From contig OZ024746.1 of NCBI GenBank assembly GCA_964016885.1, positions 102,362,001 through 102,426,000 on the forward strand: a stretch of DNA of 64,000 nucleotides, read 5' to 3'. Source of the stretch: Eledone cirrhosa. Lineage: Eukaryota. This document shows positions 52,248 to 64,000 of the stretch, piece after piece. Position numbers and translations under genes: made by a program. Below the pieces are notes generated by a model. The model was given only the letters and a program-made list of their open reading frames with translations. It was not told the origin of the DNA and made no database searches. The number at the start of each line of letters is the position of its first letter. The first letter of the stretch is position 1.

Positions 52248-54238
52248 TCATAACGGTACGCGATGGGACCCACCCACAGCCCCGGCGGACAGAATGGAGA
52301 AGGCGTTTCCCCGGAGCACGGCAAGGGAGACGCGCTGGAAAAGCCACTCCAACTCGCGGGGCTCACACCTGCGGCTGGCCAGCTCAGCGCCTATGGTGGT
52401 GAGTAAGGAGGTAGCCCTGGGGCCGAGGACACCAGAAGTCTCCACTTCCAGGGGTACGACCGCAAACCTGTCGGAGAGTGAACGATATGTGAGGAGTTTG
52501 GCCCCCTCAGCCTGACGTGCGGCAGAACCTGGGCCAGTCGCTGACTGCACCAGGTTGCGGCTGCAGAAAGTGTCGGTGCAAGTGGCATCCCAGACGAGTG
52601 GTTTGCCACCGCGGAACGGGAAGATGGTCATGCCATCTAGCCTTTTGCCGTCCCCTGGAGCTGGGAAGGGAAGCCTGCAGCGTCCAAGCCATGCTTAATG
52701 ACTTTGTTGAGGGCAGCATGGCGTGGATTGCGGCTGGCACTGTGGCGACAGGAAAGCGGGTGGAGGCCGAAAGAGTCCATGGTGGAACGGCAGCGACATT
52801 GGTGTGAGGCCGAGCCTCAGGGAAACGCCGATGCGCAAGCTATTGTTGTCTAGCTGCGTGCGAGTGGAGAAGGAGGGCAGGGCATGGAGCCAGGCCCCAC
52901 TGTGGGGTTTGGAGGCTGCACGAAAACAAACAAGGCGGTGCTGGTCGAGCTGGCACGTGAGCCTGTCTGAGGCCAGGCTGCACTGGATGGCATCCCAAGT
53001 GTGTTGGGGGGGACTTGACGTCAACAGGGGGAGAAGGAGGAGGAACGTCTACTGGGCTAAGTCCCAGCCGGTGCCACGTCTCACAGGCGGCCACGCGTTC
53101 TCTGAACACAGAGGGTTCTGTTGTGTTTTGAAGAACCCTGCTGAAGAGGACGTGGTACGAGGTTACCGACGAAAGATATGCCGGCAAAGCTAGTGAGATC
53201 GGGGACTGGAGGCGAAGGCCGCCATACCTGACAGGTAAAGTTGCATATCTCATCGGCTGCTGCTCGGATACAAGTTTAGGTGTAGCACAGAGTGTATAGA
53301 GGAGCTTCGGCATGGCGTAGCAGTTCCTCAGCAGAAAGAGAACTGGGTGGCCATCAATCAAGCCCAGTCGGCTCGTGAGAGTCTGGACTTGATGGAGGAG
53401 CGGATGGCCGGCGGGTGGATCGGTGAGGGGGTCACCTGAACCTGGCGGAGAATGGACCGCACGTCCAAGACGGAGACTGCAAAGCTTGCAGTATCGAGGC
53501 TGACATTCACCACCTCCGACTTGGCTGAGTTGACCTGGAGGTCGATTCCCGCCAGGGCAGGAACCACCGATTGAAGGTCATGGCAGACCGCCTGTACGGG
53601 CCCACCCAAAGTAGCATCATCCAGATACCAAACGTTGAGAGGGGCCGTTATACTCCAGGCGATGTGGTCAATACCAAGGGTGAACAGGAGGGGTCCCAAA
53701 GGGTTGCCCTGTTGGATCCCAGTAGCCAAGGGTATGACCGTATCAGCAGCATGGCGCATGCTTGGGGCTCCATATGACAGGTAGGCAGAGGGGGCTCGGC
53801 TGAGGCAGGCCTCGAGCAGATGATCCCAGCGTAAAGAGTTGAAGGCATTCCTCATGTCAAACTTGACAATGAGGTGGCTGGAGTCCCTGGATGCCGGTTC
53901 CGAGTGTTACGGACTTGCAGATTACCTTGGCAGCCAGCCTCCGGAAGACATTGCCCACAGCAATGGGGCGTATGCCATCCTCTTTCTTCCTGAGAGCGGT
54001 GAGGCTGGCCGAAAAAAAGAGGCCTCGAGCATAAGAGTCCAGGGCGCCATGGATGAGCCTATTGGTGAGCGCCACAATTGCACTCAGAAGGCGGCGCCCG
54101 GCCTCAGCGGAGAGGGGAGATATCAACTCCTTGAGGAGGCCTGGTCAGAGACCATCAACATCTCCGCAGCTGCTAGCTGGGAAGGACCTGATGGCGGACA
54201 TGATGTCTGCATCAGAAGCCACAAGGAGCAAGTGTGGA
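52248..54238 (-). mobile_element. CRE-clade retrotransposon relic, unit 9
   Basis: Same motifs; shares unit-8 variants. Confidence 0.88.
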
Positions 54239-56219
54239 TTACAATACAAAACCTCTGAGAATGATTTCTAAGATATTTCACCATAATTAATTTTCATCAA
54301 TATATATTAATATTATTATTGTTTATTAGGTCAGGTGGATTGGCCAGAACAATTCTACTCTTCTTTTTTAGATGTCACGATTTTTCATGGCATTCCTGAG
54401 ATCATTAATCTCCAGCTGGAGATCCAGAGACATCTGATGTATGTAGGTGAACCTCAGTCATCCCACTTGGCTCTTACTATGTTTAGGTATCAACCACAGG
54501 AGCCAGCTCATCAGGTCATCCTACCCTCAGCAGCAATGTCCAGCATCTATTGATTTCCGCTCCCTAGTTATTGTGGTAATCTTCGATATCTGGGAATATA
54601 TTTCTTCTGCTTAAGGGAGTAATAAATATATAGTTTTAAAAAAAACATATATATACACACACATATATATATGTTGTCATTTATAAGAGTTCTCTATCAA
54701 AAGCCTTCTCTATGTCCAAAGCTAAGTATAGTGGCTTATTTTTCTCTAAGAACCTCTTTTGTAGTTGTCTCACTAAGAAGAGGGCATCTGTTGCACTTTT
54801 CAGCGGCACAAAACCAAACTGCATCTCATACACATACATACATATACATACATACATACATATACACATACATACATACATCATCATCATCATCATCATC
54901 ATCATTTCGTTTTAAGTCCGCTTTTTCCCTGCTTGCAAATGTGGGACGGGAACTGATTCTGGCTTGATTTCTACAGCTGGATGCCCTTCCTAACACCAAC
55001 CTCATTTACAGTGAGTGCTGAGTGCTTTTTTGCCGTGGCACCTCCACGACCACTTTGCAGTGGAATGATATGGACCCCAGTCCCTATCATCTCATTTCTA
55101 CAGCTGAGTAAACTGGAGCAATGTGAAATAAAGTGTCTTGCTCAAGGAAACAACACATCACCCGGTCTGAGAATTGAACTCACAACCTTTCGATTGCCAG
55201 GCCAATGCTCGAACCACTAAGCCATGTGCCTCCATATACATATACATATACATACACATACATATACATATACATACATATATATACATACATACACATA
55301 CATAGATATATATATATACATAATATAAATATACATACATACACATACATAAGCATATACACATAAGTATATATACATATACACACGTATATATACATAT
55401 ACATACATACATATATACACATACATACATATATACATACATACACACATATACATACACATACATACATATACATACATATACACATACATACATATAT
55501 ATATATACGTACACACACATATATACATACACACACATATATACAAACACATACATATACACATATATACACATACATACACATACATATACATACATAT
55601 ACACATATACACTCATATATACATATACATACATACACACACATACATACATATATACATATACATACATAGAGACAAATCCACCTCATGGACGAGAATG
55701 CAAGGGCTCCTCCTCTTTGTTTCGGCCGCGGATGGCTAACCCTAACCCCATCCCCGCTCCCCACCGCTCCCAACCTCCAAACGCAATCCAAAACTTCAGA
55801 GTTGGTACCATTAATGTAGGCACCTTATAGGGTGGCTCTAACGAGGTTGTAGAAATGCTTGAACGTAAGGAGGTCGATGTTTGTTGTATTCAAGAGACCA
55901 GGTGGAGGGGTGGGTCTGCTAGATTCATCGTGGGTAAAGAACGATGCTATACGCTTTTCTGTGTGGCAAATGACAATGGGCTGGGTATACACATACCACC
56001 CCACCACCCCACCGCAAAGTGGTCGTGGAGGCGCCGCGGCAAAAAAGCACCCAGCCCACACTGTAAAGCTGACGTGGAGGTGCCACGGAAAAAAAAAAGC
56101 ACCCAGCACTCACTGCAAACGGGGTTGGCGTCAGGAAGGGCACCCAGCTGTAGAAACCAATCCAGAATCAGCTCCCACCCCACCCTTGCAAGCATGGAAA
56201 AGCGGACGTATGATGAAGT

Positions 56220-56274
<55 letters not shown>

Positions 56275-57001
56275 TATATATATACACACATATATATCAG
56301 TGTACATATATATATACATATATATATATATATAAATGAATATTTATTCAATTTAAAGCGCCAATTATCTATATATAACAAGATATGAATTTTTCTAGGG
56401 ATGGGGAAATTTTCAGTTTGTTTTTATATTTTCACTTCATTTTTTACTTTCTATTTAATACAGTCTTTGATCCAATATAATCCTGACAGTATTTGAACCA
56501 GTTTACCTCATATATATGTATGCACACACAACACTCAAGTTTCGCCATCTACTGCTATTTCATTCATATTTATTGTTTAATTAACTCTGGTCTAATTCAT
56601 CAACTATTGTTAATTATATTATTACGTAGATTTCTTATAAAATCTAGTGCATATATACGTGTATATATACAGGGAGACACTGTAATAGATGTAAAGAGAG
56701 TGGGAGATAGAGTTATAGAAGTAAAGAGAGGGGGAGAAATAAGCGGTAGATAGAGTAATAGATGTAAAGAGAGGGTTAGAACGTTCAACTTGACAGTCAG
56801 TACAATGTTCAGCATGGTAGCCAGTACATATGCCAACTACCCAACCGGCCAGCCAGCCGCATATGCGGTTGACTGGCCAGTTGGGCGGTTGGTATGTGGA
56901 ACGTTCAACTACGCAGTCAGTACCAAAGTTCAACATTGTAGCCAGTGCATATGCCGATCGCCGCGCCCTCTTTGCTCTATTTTAATGACCTGGAACTAAG
57001 T

Positions 57002-57114
57002 AAAAAGAGTAGGAGATAACTCGACAAGTGCGGAGAGGGTGAGATTCGAACCATGTAAAGTCGTTGGCTCCTGAAGTTCGTAAGCGGGGCTGCTACTGAC
57101 TGAGCAGCGCCGGC
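57002..57114 (-). ncRNA. Candidate Pol III tRNA-like small RNA unit, unit 10
   Basis: Same as 863-975 with one substitution. Confidence 0.5.
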
Positions 57115-58105
57115 AGCAAGGCAAATCGCGCATAAAATAACGCTTATATCGACAAAAAAAAAAAAAAAATTTCAATGTTGCACTCTTGTTTGTTGTTCTT
57201 TTATTTTACGTAAACATTTCGCTGCTCTAGCCTCTTATTTCCTATTAGATTACACTTAATTCCATTAAACATTCATTCTTAGTCTCGTGGTAAACTATTT
57301 CATCTATATTTATATCGCTGTTACAGCCTTTTATTTCTACATCTATCACCTATAGCCACTGTTACGCCGGTAGTATAAGTAGCTTTATAACAAGAAACGA
57401 TGATATAACTCCACAAAATGTCTTCTTGAGCAAGACACTTCACTTCATATTGCTCCAGTACACCGAGTTACACATAGACAGATACATACATACACAGATA
57501 GAAATGAGAGGTAGATAGAGTAAAAGATTTAAAGAGAGTGTGAGAAGTACGAGTTAGATAGTGTAAAAGATTTAAAGAGAGGGTGAGAGTGTGACACACA
57601 TTTATCTGTCTATCTCTCTCTATTTTAACACCGGTCGTTATAATTAGTTTTATAACACCGCTATATTACCGACATGAAAGAGGTAAATAATTATTTCTTA
57701 AATGTTTAGAACATGTTTCTCTTGTCTTCTTAAATGTATAGAACATGTTTCTTATTTATATTCTTAACATAGCTAGGACCTTATCTCATTTACTGGTCTC
57801 TACTTTTAGGGCTTTGCTAGTCCCATGTGCCCTCCATGAAGACACACTCGCCCCTTCTCTCTCAGTCTCCGTACTAATTACTACACATACGTATATATAT
57901 TTATTTTAAGAAACCTTAATGACAAATAATATAAAGTGTTTGTAAAGTGGGGAAGAGTAGTTTTACGGTGGGGTTGTTATATAGATATCGTTTTTGCAGT
58001 GGGGTCGTGACTGGCGTATAATAATGAGTCACTGTTGATGTATATACAAATCATGTTTTGGATATAAGTGAAGTTATTTAAGAGATTTAGTTGTTTTGTA
58101 TACAT

Positions 58106-60071
58106 TCATAACGGTACGCGATGGGACCCACCCACAGCCCCGGCGGACAGAATGGAGAAGGCGTTTCCCCGGAGCACGGCAGGGGAGACGCGCTGGAAAA
58201 GCCACTCCAACTCGCGGGGCTCACACCTGCGGCTGGCCAGCTCAGCGCCTATGGTGGTGAGTAAGGAGGTAGCCCTGGGGCCGAGGACACCAGAAGTCTC
58301 CACTTCCAGGGGTACGACCGCAAACCTGTCGGAGAGTGAACGATATGTGAGGAGTTTGGCCCCCTCAGCCTGACGTGCAGCAGAACCTGGGCCAGTCGCA
58401 GACTGCACCAGGTTGCGGCTGCAGAAAGTGTCGGTGCAAGTGGCATCCCAGACGAGGGGTTTGCCACCGCGGAACGGGAAGATGGTCATGCCATCTAGCC
58501 TTTTGCCGTCCCCTCGAGCTGGGAAGGGAAGCCTGCAGCGTCCAAGCCATGCTTAATGACTTTGTTGAGGGCAGCATGGCGTGGATTGCGGGTGGAGGCC
58601 GAAAGAGTCCATGGTGGAACGGCAGCGACATTGGTGTGAGGCCGAGCCTCAGGGAAACGCCGATGCGCAAGCTATTGTTGTCTAGCTGCGTGCGAGTGGA
58701 GAAGGAGGGCAGGGCATGGAGCCAGGCCCCACTGTGGGGTTTGGAGGCTGCACGAAAACAAACGAGGCGGTGCTGGTCGAGCTGGCACGTGAGCCTGTCT
58801 GAGGCCAGGCTGCACTGGATGGCATCCCAAGTGTGTTGGGGGGGACTTGACGTCAACAGGGGGAGAAGGAGGAGGAACGTCTACTGGGCTAAGTCCCAGC
58901 CGGTCCCACGTCTCACAGGCGGCCACGCGTTCTCTGAACACAGAGGGTTCTGTTGTGTTTTGAAGAGGACGTGGTACGAGGTTACCGACGAAAGATATGC
59001 CGGCAAAGCTAGTGAGATCGGGGACTGGAGGCGAAGGCCGCCATACCTGACAGGTAAAGTTGCATATCTCATCGGCTGCTGCTCGGATACAAGTTTAGGT
59101 GTAGCACAGAGTGTATAGAGGAGCTTCGGCATGGCGTAGCAGTTCCTCAGCAGAAAGAGAACTGGGTGGCCATCAATCAAGCCCAGTCGGCTCGTGAGAG
59201 TCTGGACTTGATGGAGGAGCGGATGGCCGGCGGGTGGATCGGTGAGGGCATCCTCTTTGGGGGGTCACCTGAACCTGGCGGAGAATGGACCGCACGTCCA
59301 AGACGGAGACTGCAAAGCTTGCAGCATCGAGGCTGACATTCACCACCTCCGACTTGGCTGAGTTGACCTGGAGGTCGATTCCCGCCAGGGCAGGAACCAC
59401 CGATTGAAGGTCATGGCAGACCGCCTGTACGGGCCCACCCAAAGTAGCATCATCCAGATACCAAACGTTGAGAGGGGCCGTTATACTCCAGGCGATGTGG
59501 TCAATACCAAGGGTGAACAGGAGGGGTCCCAAAGGGTTGCCCTGTTGGATCCCAGTAGCCAAGGGTATGACCGTATCAGCAGCATGGCGCATGCTTGGGG
59601 CTCCATATGACAGGTAGGCAGAGGGGGCTCGGCTGAGGCAGGCCTCGAGCAGATGATCCCAGCGTAAAGAGTTGAAGGCATTCCTCATGTCAAACTTGAC
59701 AATGAGGTGGCTGGAGGCCCTGGATGCCGGTTCCGAGTGTTACGGACTTGCAGATTACCTTGGCAGCCAGCCTCCGGAAGACATTGCCCACAGCAATGGG
59801 GCGTATGCCATCCTCTTTCTTCCTGAGAGCGGTGAGGCTGGCCGAAAAAAAGAGGCCTCGAGCATAAGAGTCCAGGGCGCCATGGATGAGCCTATTGGTG
59901 AGCGCCACAATTGCACTCAGAAGGCGGCGCCCGGCCTCAGCGGAGAGGGGAGATATCAACTCCTTGAGGAGGCCTGGTCAGAGACCATCAACATCTCCGC
60001 AGCTGCTAGCTGGGAAGGACCTGATGGCGGACATGATGTCTGCATCAGAAGCCACAAGGAGCAAGTGTGGA
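58106..60071 (-). mobile_element. CRE-clade retrotransposon relic, unit 10
   Basis: Same motifs; private 13-bp deletion near 58965. Confidence 0.88.
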
Positions 60072-62038
60072 TTACAATACAAAACCTCTGAGAATGATTT
60101 CTAAGATATTTCACCATAATTAATTTTCATCAATATATATTAATATTATTATTGTTTATTAGGTCAGGTGGATTGGCCAGAACAATTCTACTCTTCTTTT
60201 TTAGATGTCACGATTTTTCATGGCATTCCTGAGATCATTAATCTCCAGCTGGAGATCCAGAGACATCTGATGTATGTAGGTGAACCTCAGTCATCCCACT
60301 TGGCTCTTACTATGTTTAGGTATCAACCACAGGAGCCAGCTCATCAGGTCATCCTACCCTCAGCAGCAATGTCCAGCATCTATTGATTTCCGCTCCCTAG
60401 TTATTGTGGTAATCTTCGATATCTGGGAATATATTTCTTCTGCTTAAGGGAGTAATAAATATATAGTTTTAAAAAAAACATATATATACACACACATATA
60501 TATATGTTGTCATTTATAAGAGTTCTCTATCAAAAGCCTTCTCTATGTCCAAAGCTAAGTATAGTGGCTTATTTTTCTCTAAGAACCTCTTTTGTAGTTG
60601 TCTCACTAAGAAGAGGGCATCTGTTGCACTTTTCAGCGGCACAAAACCAAACTGCATCTCATACACATACATACATATACATACATACATACATATACAC
60701 ATACATACATACATCATCATCATCATCATCATCATCATTTCGTTTTAAGTCCGCTTTTTCCCTGCTTGCAAATGTGGGACGGGAACTGATTCTGGCTTGA
60801 TTTCTACAGCTGGATGCCCTTCCTAACACCAACCTCATTTACAGTGAGTGCTGAGTGCTTTTTTGCCGTGGCACCTCCACGACCACTTTGCAGTGGAATG
60901 ATATGGACCCCAGTCCCTATCATCTCATTTCTACAGCTGAGTAAACTGGAGCAATGTGAAATAAAGTGTCTTGCTCAAGGAAACAACACATCACCCGGTC
61001 TGAGAATTGAACTCACAACCTTTCGATTGCCAGGCCAATGCTCGAACCACTAAGCCATGTGCCTCCATATACATATACATATACATACACATACATATAC
61101 ATATACATACATATATATACATACATACACATACATAGATATATATATATACATAATATAAATATACATACATACACATACATAAGCATATACACATAAG
61201 TATATATACATATACACACGTATATATACATATACATACATACATATATACACATACATACATATATACATACATACACACATATACATACACATACATA
61301 CATATACATACATATACACATACATACATATATATATATACGTACACACACATATATACATACACACACATATATACAAACACATACATATACACATATA
61401 TACACATACATACACATACATATACATACATATACACATATACACTCATATATACATATACATACATACATATATACATATACATACATAGAGACAAATC
61501 CACCTCATGGACGAGAATGCAAGGGCTCCTCCTCTTTGTTTCGGCCGCGGATGGCTAACCCTAACCCCATCCCCGCTCCCCACCGCTCCCAACCTCCAAA
61601 CGCAATCCAAAACTTCAGAGTTGGTACCATTAATGTAGGCACCTTATAGGGTGGCTCTAACGAGGTTGTAGAAATGCTTGAACGTAAGGAGGTCGATGTT
61701 TGTTGTATTCAAGAGACCAGGTGGAGGGGTGGGTCTGCTAGATTCATCGTGGGTAAAGAACGATGCTATAAGCTTTTCTGTGTGGCAAATGACAATGGGC
61801 TGGGTATACACATACCACCCCACCACCCCACCGCAAAGTGGTCGTGGAGGCGCCGCGGCAAAAAAGCACCCAGCCCACACTGTAAAGCTGACGTGGAGGT
61901 GCCACGGAAAAAAAAAAGCACCCAGCACTCACTGCAAACGGGGTTGGCGTCAGGAAGGGCACCCAGCTGTAGAAACCAATCCAGAATCAGCTCCCACCCC
62001 ACCCTTGCAAGCATGGAAAAGCGGACGTATGATGAAGT

Positions 62039-62089
<51 letters not shown>

Positions 62090-62816
62090 TATATATATAC
62101 ACACATATATATCAGTGTACATATATATATACATATATATATATATATAAATGAATATTTATTCAATTTAAAGCGCCAATTATCTATATATAACAAGATA
62201 TGAATTTTTCTAGGGATGGGGAAATTTTCAGTTTGTTTTTATATTTTCACTTCATTTTTTACTTTCTATTTAATACAGTCTTTGATCCAATATAATCCTG
62301 ACAGTATTTGAACCAGTTTACCTCATATATATGTATGCACACACAACACTCAAGTTTCGCCATCTACTGCTATTTCATTCATATTTATTGTTTAATTAAC
62401 TCTGGTCTAATTCATCAACTATTGTTAATTATATTATTACGTAGATTTCTTATAAAATCTAGTGCATATATACGTGTATATATACAGGGAGACACTGTAA
62501 TAGATGTAAAGAGAGTGGGAGATAGAGTTATAGAAGTAAAGAGAGGGGGAGAAATAAGCGGTAGATAGAGTAATAGATGTAAAGAGAGGGTTAGAACGTT
62601 CAACTTGACAGTCAGTACAATGTTCAGCATGGTAGCCAGTACATATGCCAACTACCCAACCGGCCAGCCAGCCGCATATGCGGTTGACTGGCCAGTTGGG
62701 CGGTTGGTATGTGGAACGTTCAACTACGCAGTCAGTACCAAAGTTCAACATTGTAGCCAGTGCATATGCCGATCGCCGCGCCCTCTTTGCTCTATTTTAA
62801 TGACCTGGAACTAAGT

Positions 62817-62929
62817 AAAAAGAGTAGGAGATAACTCGACAAGAGCGGAGAGGGTGAGATTCGAACCATGTAAAGTCGTTGGCTCCTGAAGTTCGTAAGC
62901 GGGGCTGCTACTGACTGAGCAACGCCGGC
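62817..62929 (-). ncRNA. Candidate Pol III tRNA-like small RNA unit, unit 11
   Basis: Same as 863-975; shares the U.G stem variant with unit 6. Confidence 0.5.
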
Positions 62930-63924
62930 AGCAAGGCAAATCGCGCATAAAATAACGCTTATATCGACAAAAAAAAAAAAAAAATTTCAATGTTGCACTC
63001 TTGTTTGTTGTTCTTTTATTTTACGTAAACATTTCGCTGCTCTAGCCTCTTATTTCCTATTAGATTACACTTAATTCCATTAAACATTCATTCTTAGTCT
63101 CGTGGTAAACTATTTCATCTATATTTATATCGCTGTTACAGCCTTTTATTTCTACATCTATCACCTATAGCCACTGTTACGCCGGTAGTATAAGTAGCTT
63201 TATAACAAGAAACGATGATATAACTCCACAAAATGTCTTCTTGAGCAAGACACTTCACTTCATATTGCTCCAGTACACCGAGTTACACATAGACAGATAC
63301 ATACATACATACACAGATAGAAATGAGAGGTAGATAGAGTAAAAGATTTAAAGAGAGTGTGAGAAGTACGAGTTAGATAGTGTAAAAGATTTAAAGAGAG
63401 GGTGAGAGTGTGACACACATTTATCTGTCTATCTCTCTCTATTTTAACACCGGTCGTTATAATTAGTTTTATAACACCGCTATATTACCGACATGAAAGA
63501 GGTAAATAATTATTTCTTAAATGTTTAGAACATGTTTCTCTTGTCTTCTTAAATGTATAGAACATGTTTCTTATTTATATTCTTAACATAGCTAGGACCT
63601 TATCTCATTTACTGGTCTCTACTTTTAGGACTTTGCTGGTCCCATGTGCCCTCCATGAAGACACACTCGCCCCTTCTCTCTCAGTCTCCGTACTAATTAC
63701 TACACATACGTATATATATTTATTTTAAGAAACCTTAATGACAAATAATATAAAGTGTTTGTAAAGTGGGGAAGAGTAGTTTTACGGTGGGGTTGTTATA
63801 TAGATATCGTTTTTGCAGTGGGGTCGTGACTGGCGTATAATAATGAGTCACTGTTGATGTATATACAAATCATGTTTTGGATATAAGTGAAGTTATTTAA
63901 GAGATTTAGTTGTTTTGTATACAT

Positions 63925-64000
63925 TCATAACGGTACGCGATGGGACCCACCCACAGCCCCGGCGGACAGAATGGAGAAGGCGTTTCCCCGGAGCACGGCA
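63925..64000 (-). mobile_element. 3' end of CRE relic, unit 11 (runs off window)
   Basis: Identical to 1971-2046. Confidence 0.85.

Larger units (their letters stand above)
32984..64000. repeat. Tandem array, block 2 (units 6-11, period 5815-5968 bp; rearranged at 48726-50522)
   Basis: Same unit recurs at 33624, 39592, 45509, 50676, 56493, 62308; resumes at TTGTATTCAAGAGACC (~32984). Confidence 0.98.

Overview
Eukaryotic, microsatellite-rich animal DNA. The RTE tails ending GGACGTTAAACGAT(GAT)n and the SINE type resemble octopus/coleoid cephalopod repeats, but this is an inference. No intact host protein gene is visible. The window is a tandem array of a ~5.8-5.97 kb unit, with 11 full or partial copies (equivalent anchor positions 354, 6279, 12163, 18038, 23896, 33624, 39592, 45509, 50676, 56493, 62308). 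Each unit carries, in order: a 72-bp near-perfect palindrome between direct repeats; a ~113-nt minus-strand tRNA-like Pol III-type unit (TATA, A box, B box, T5); a 5'-truncated, frameshifted CRE-clade (RT + CCHC + RLE) retrotransposon; RTE/RTEX LINE relics; a tRNA-derived SINE; and (ACAT)n/(TA)n microsatellites. The array is broken twice. At 28017-32983 a 5-kb unrelated block contains a minisatellite, a decayed RTE LINE with a PHD-like finger, and a foldback of tRNA-like repeats. At 48726-50522 an inverted CRE copy templated from the unit-7 haplotype forms a dup-inv-dup rearrangement and a ~1.55-kb fold-back. The most interesting lead is the palindrome plus Pol III-like module, the main structured part of the amplified unit that I cannot assign to a transposon.
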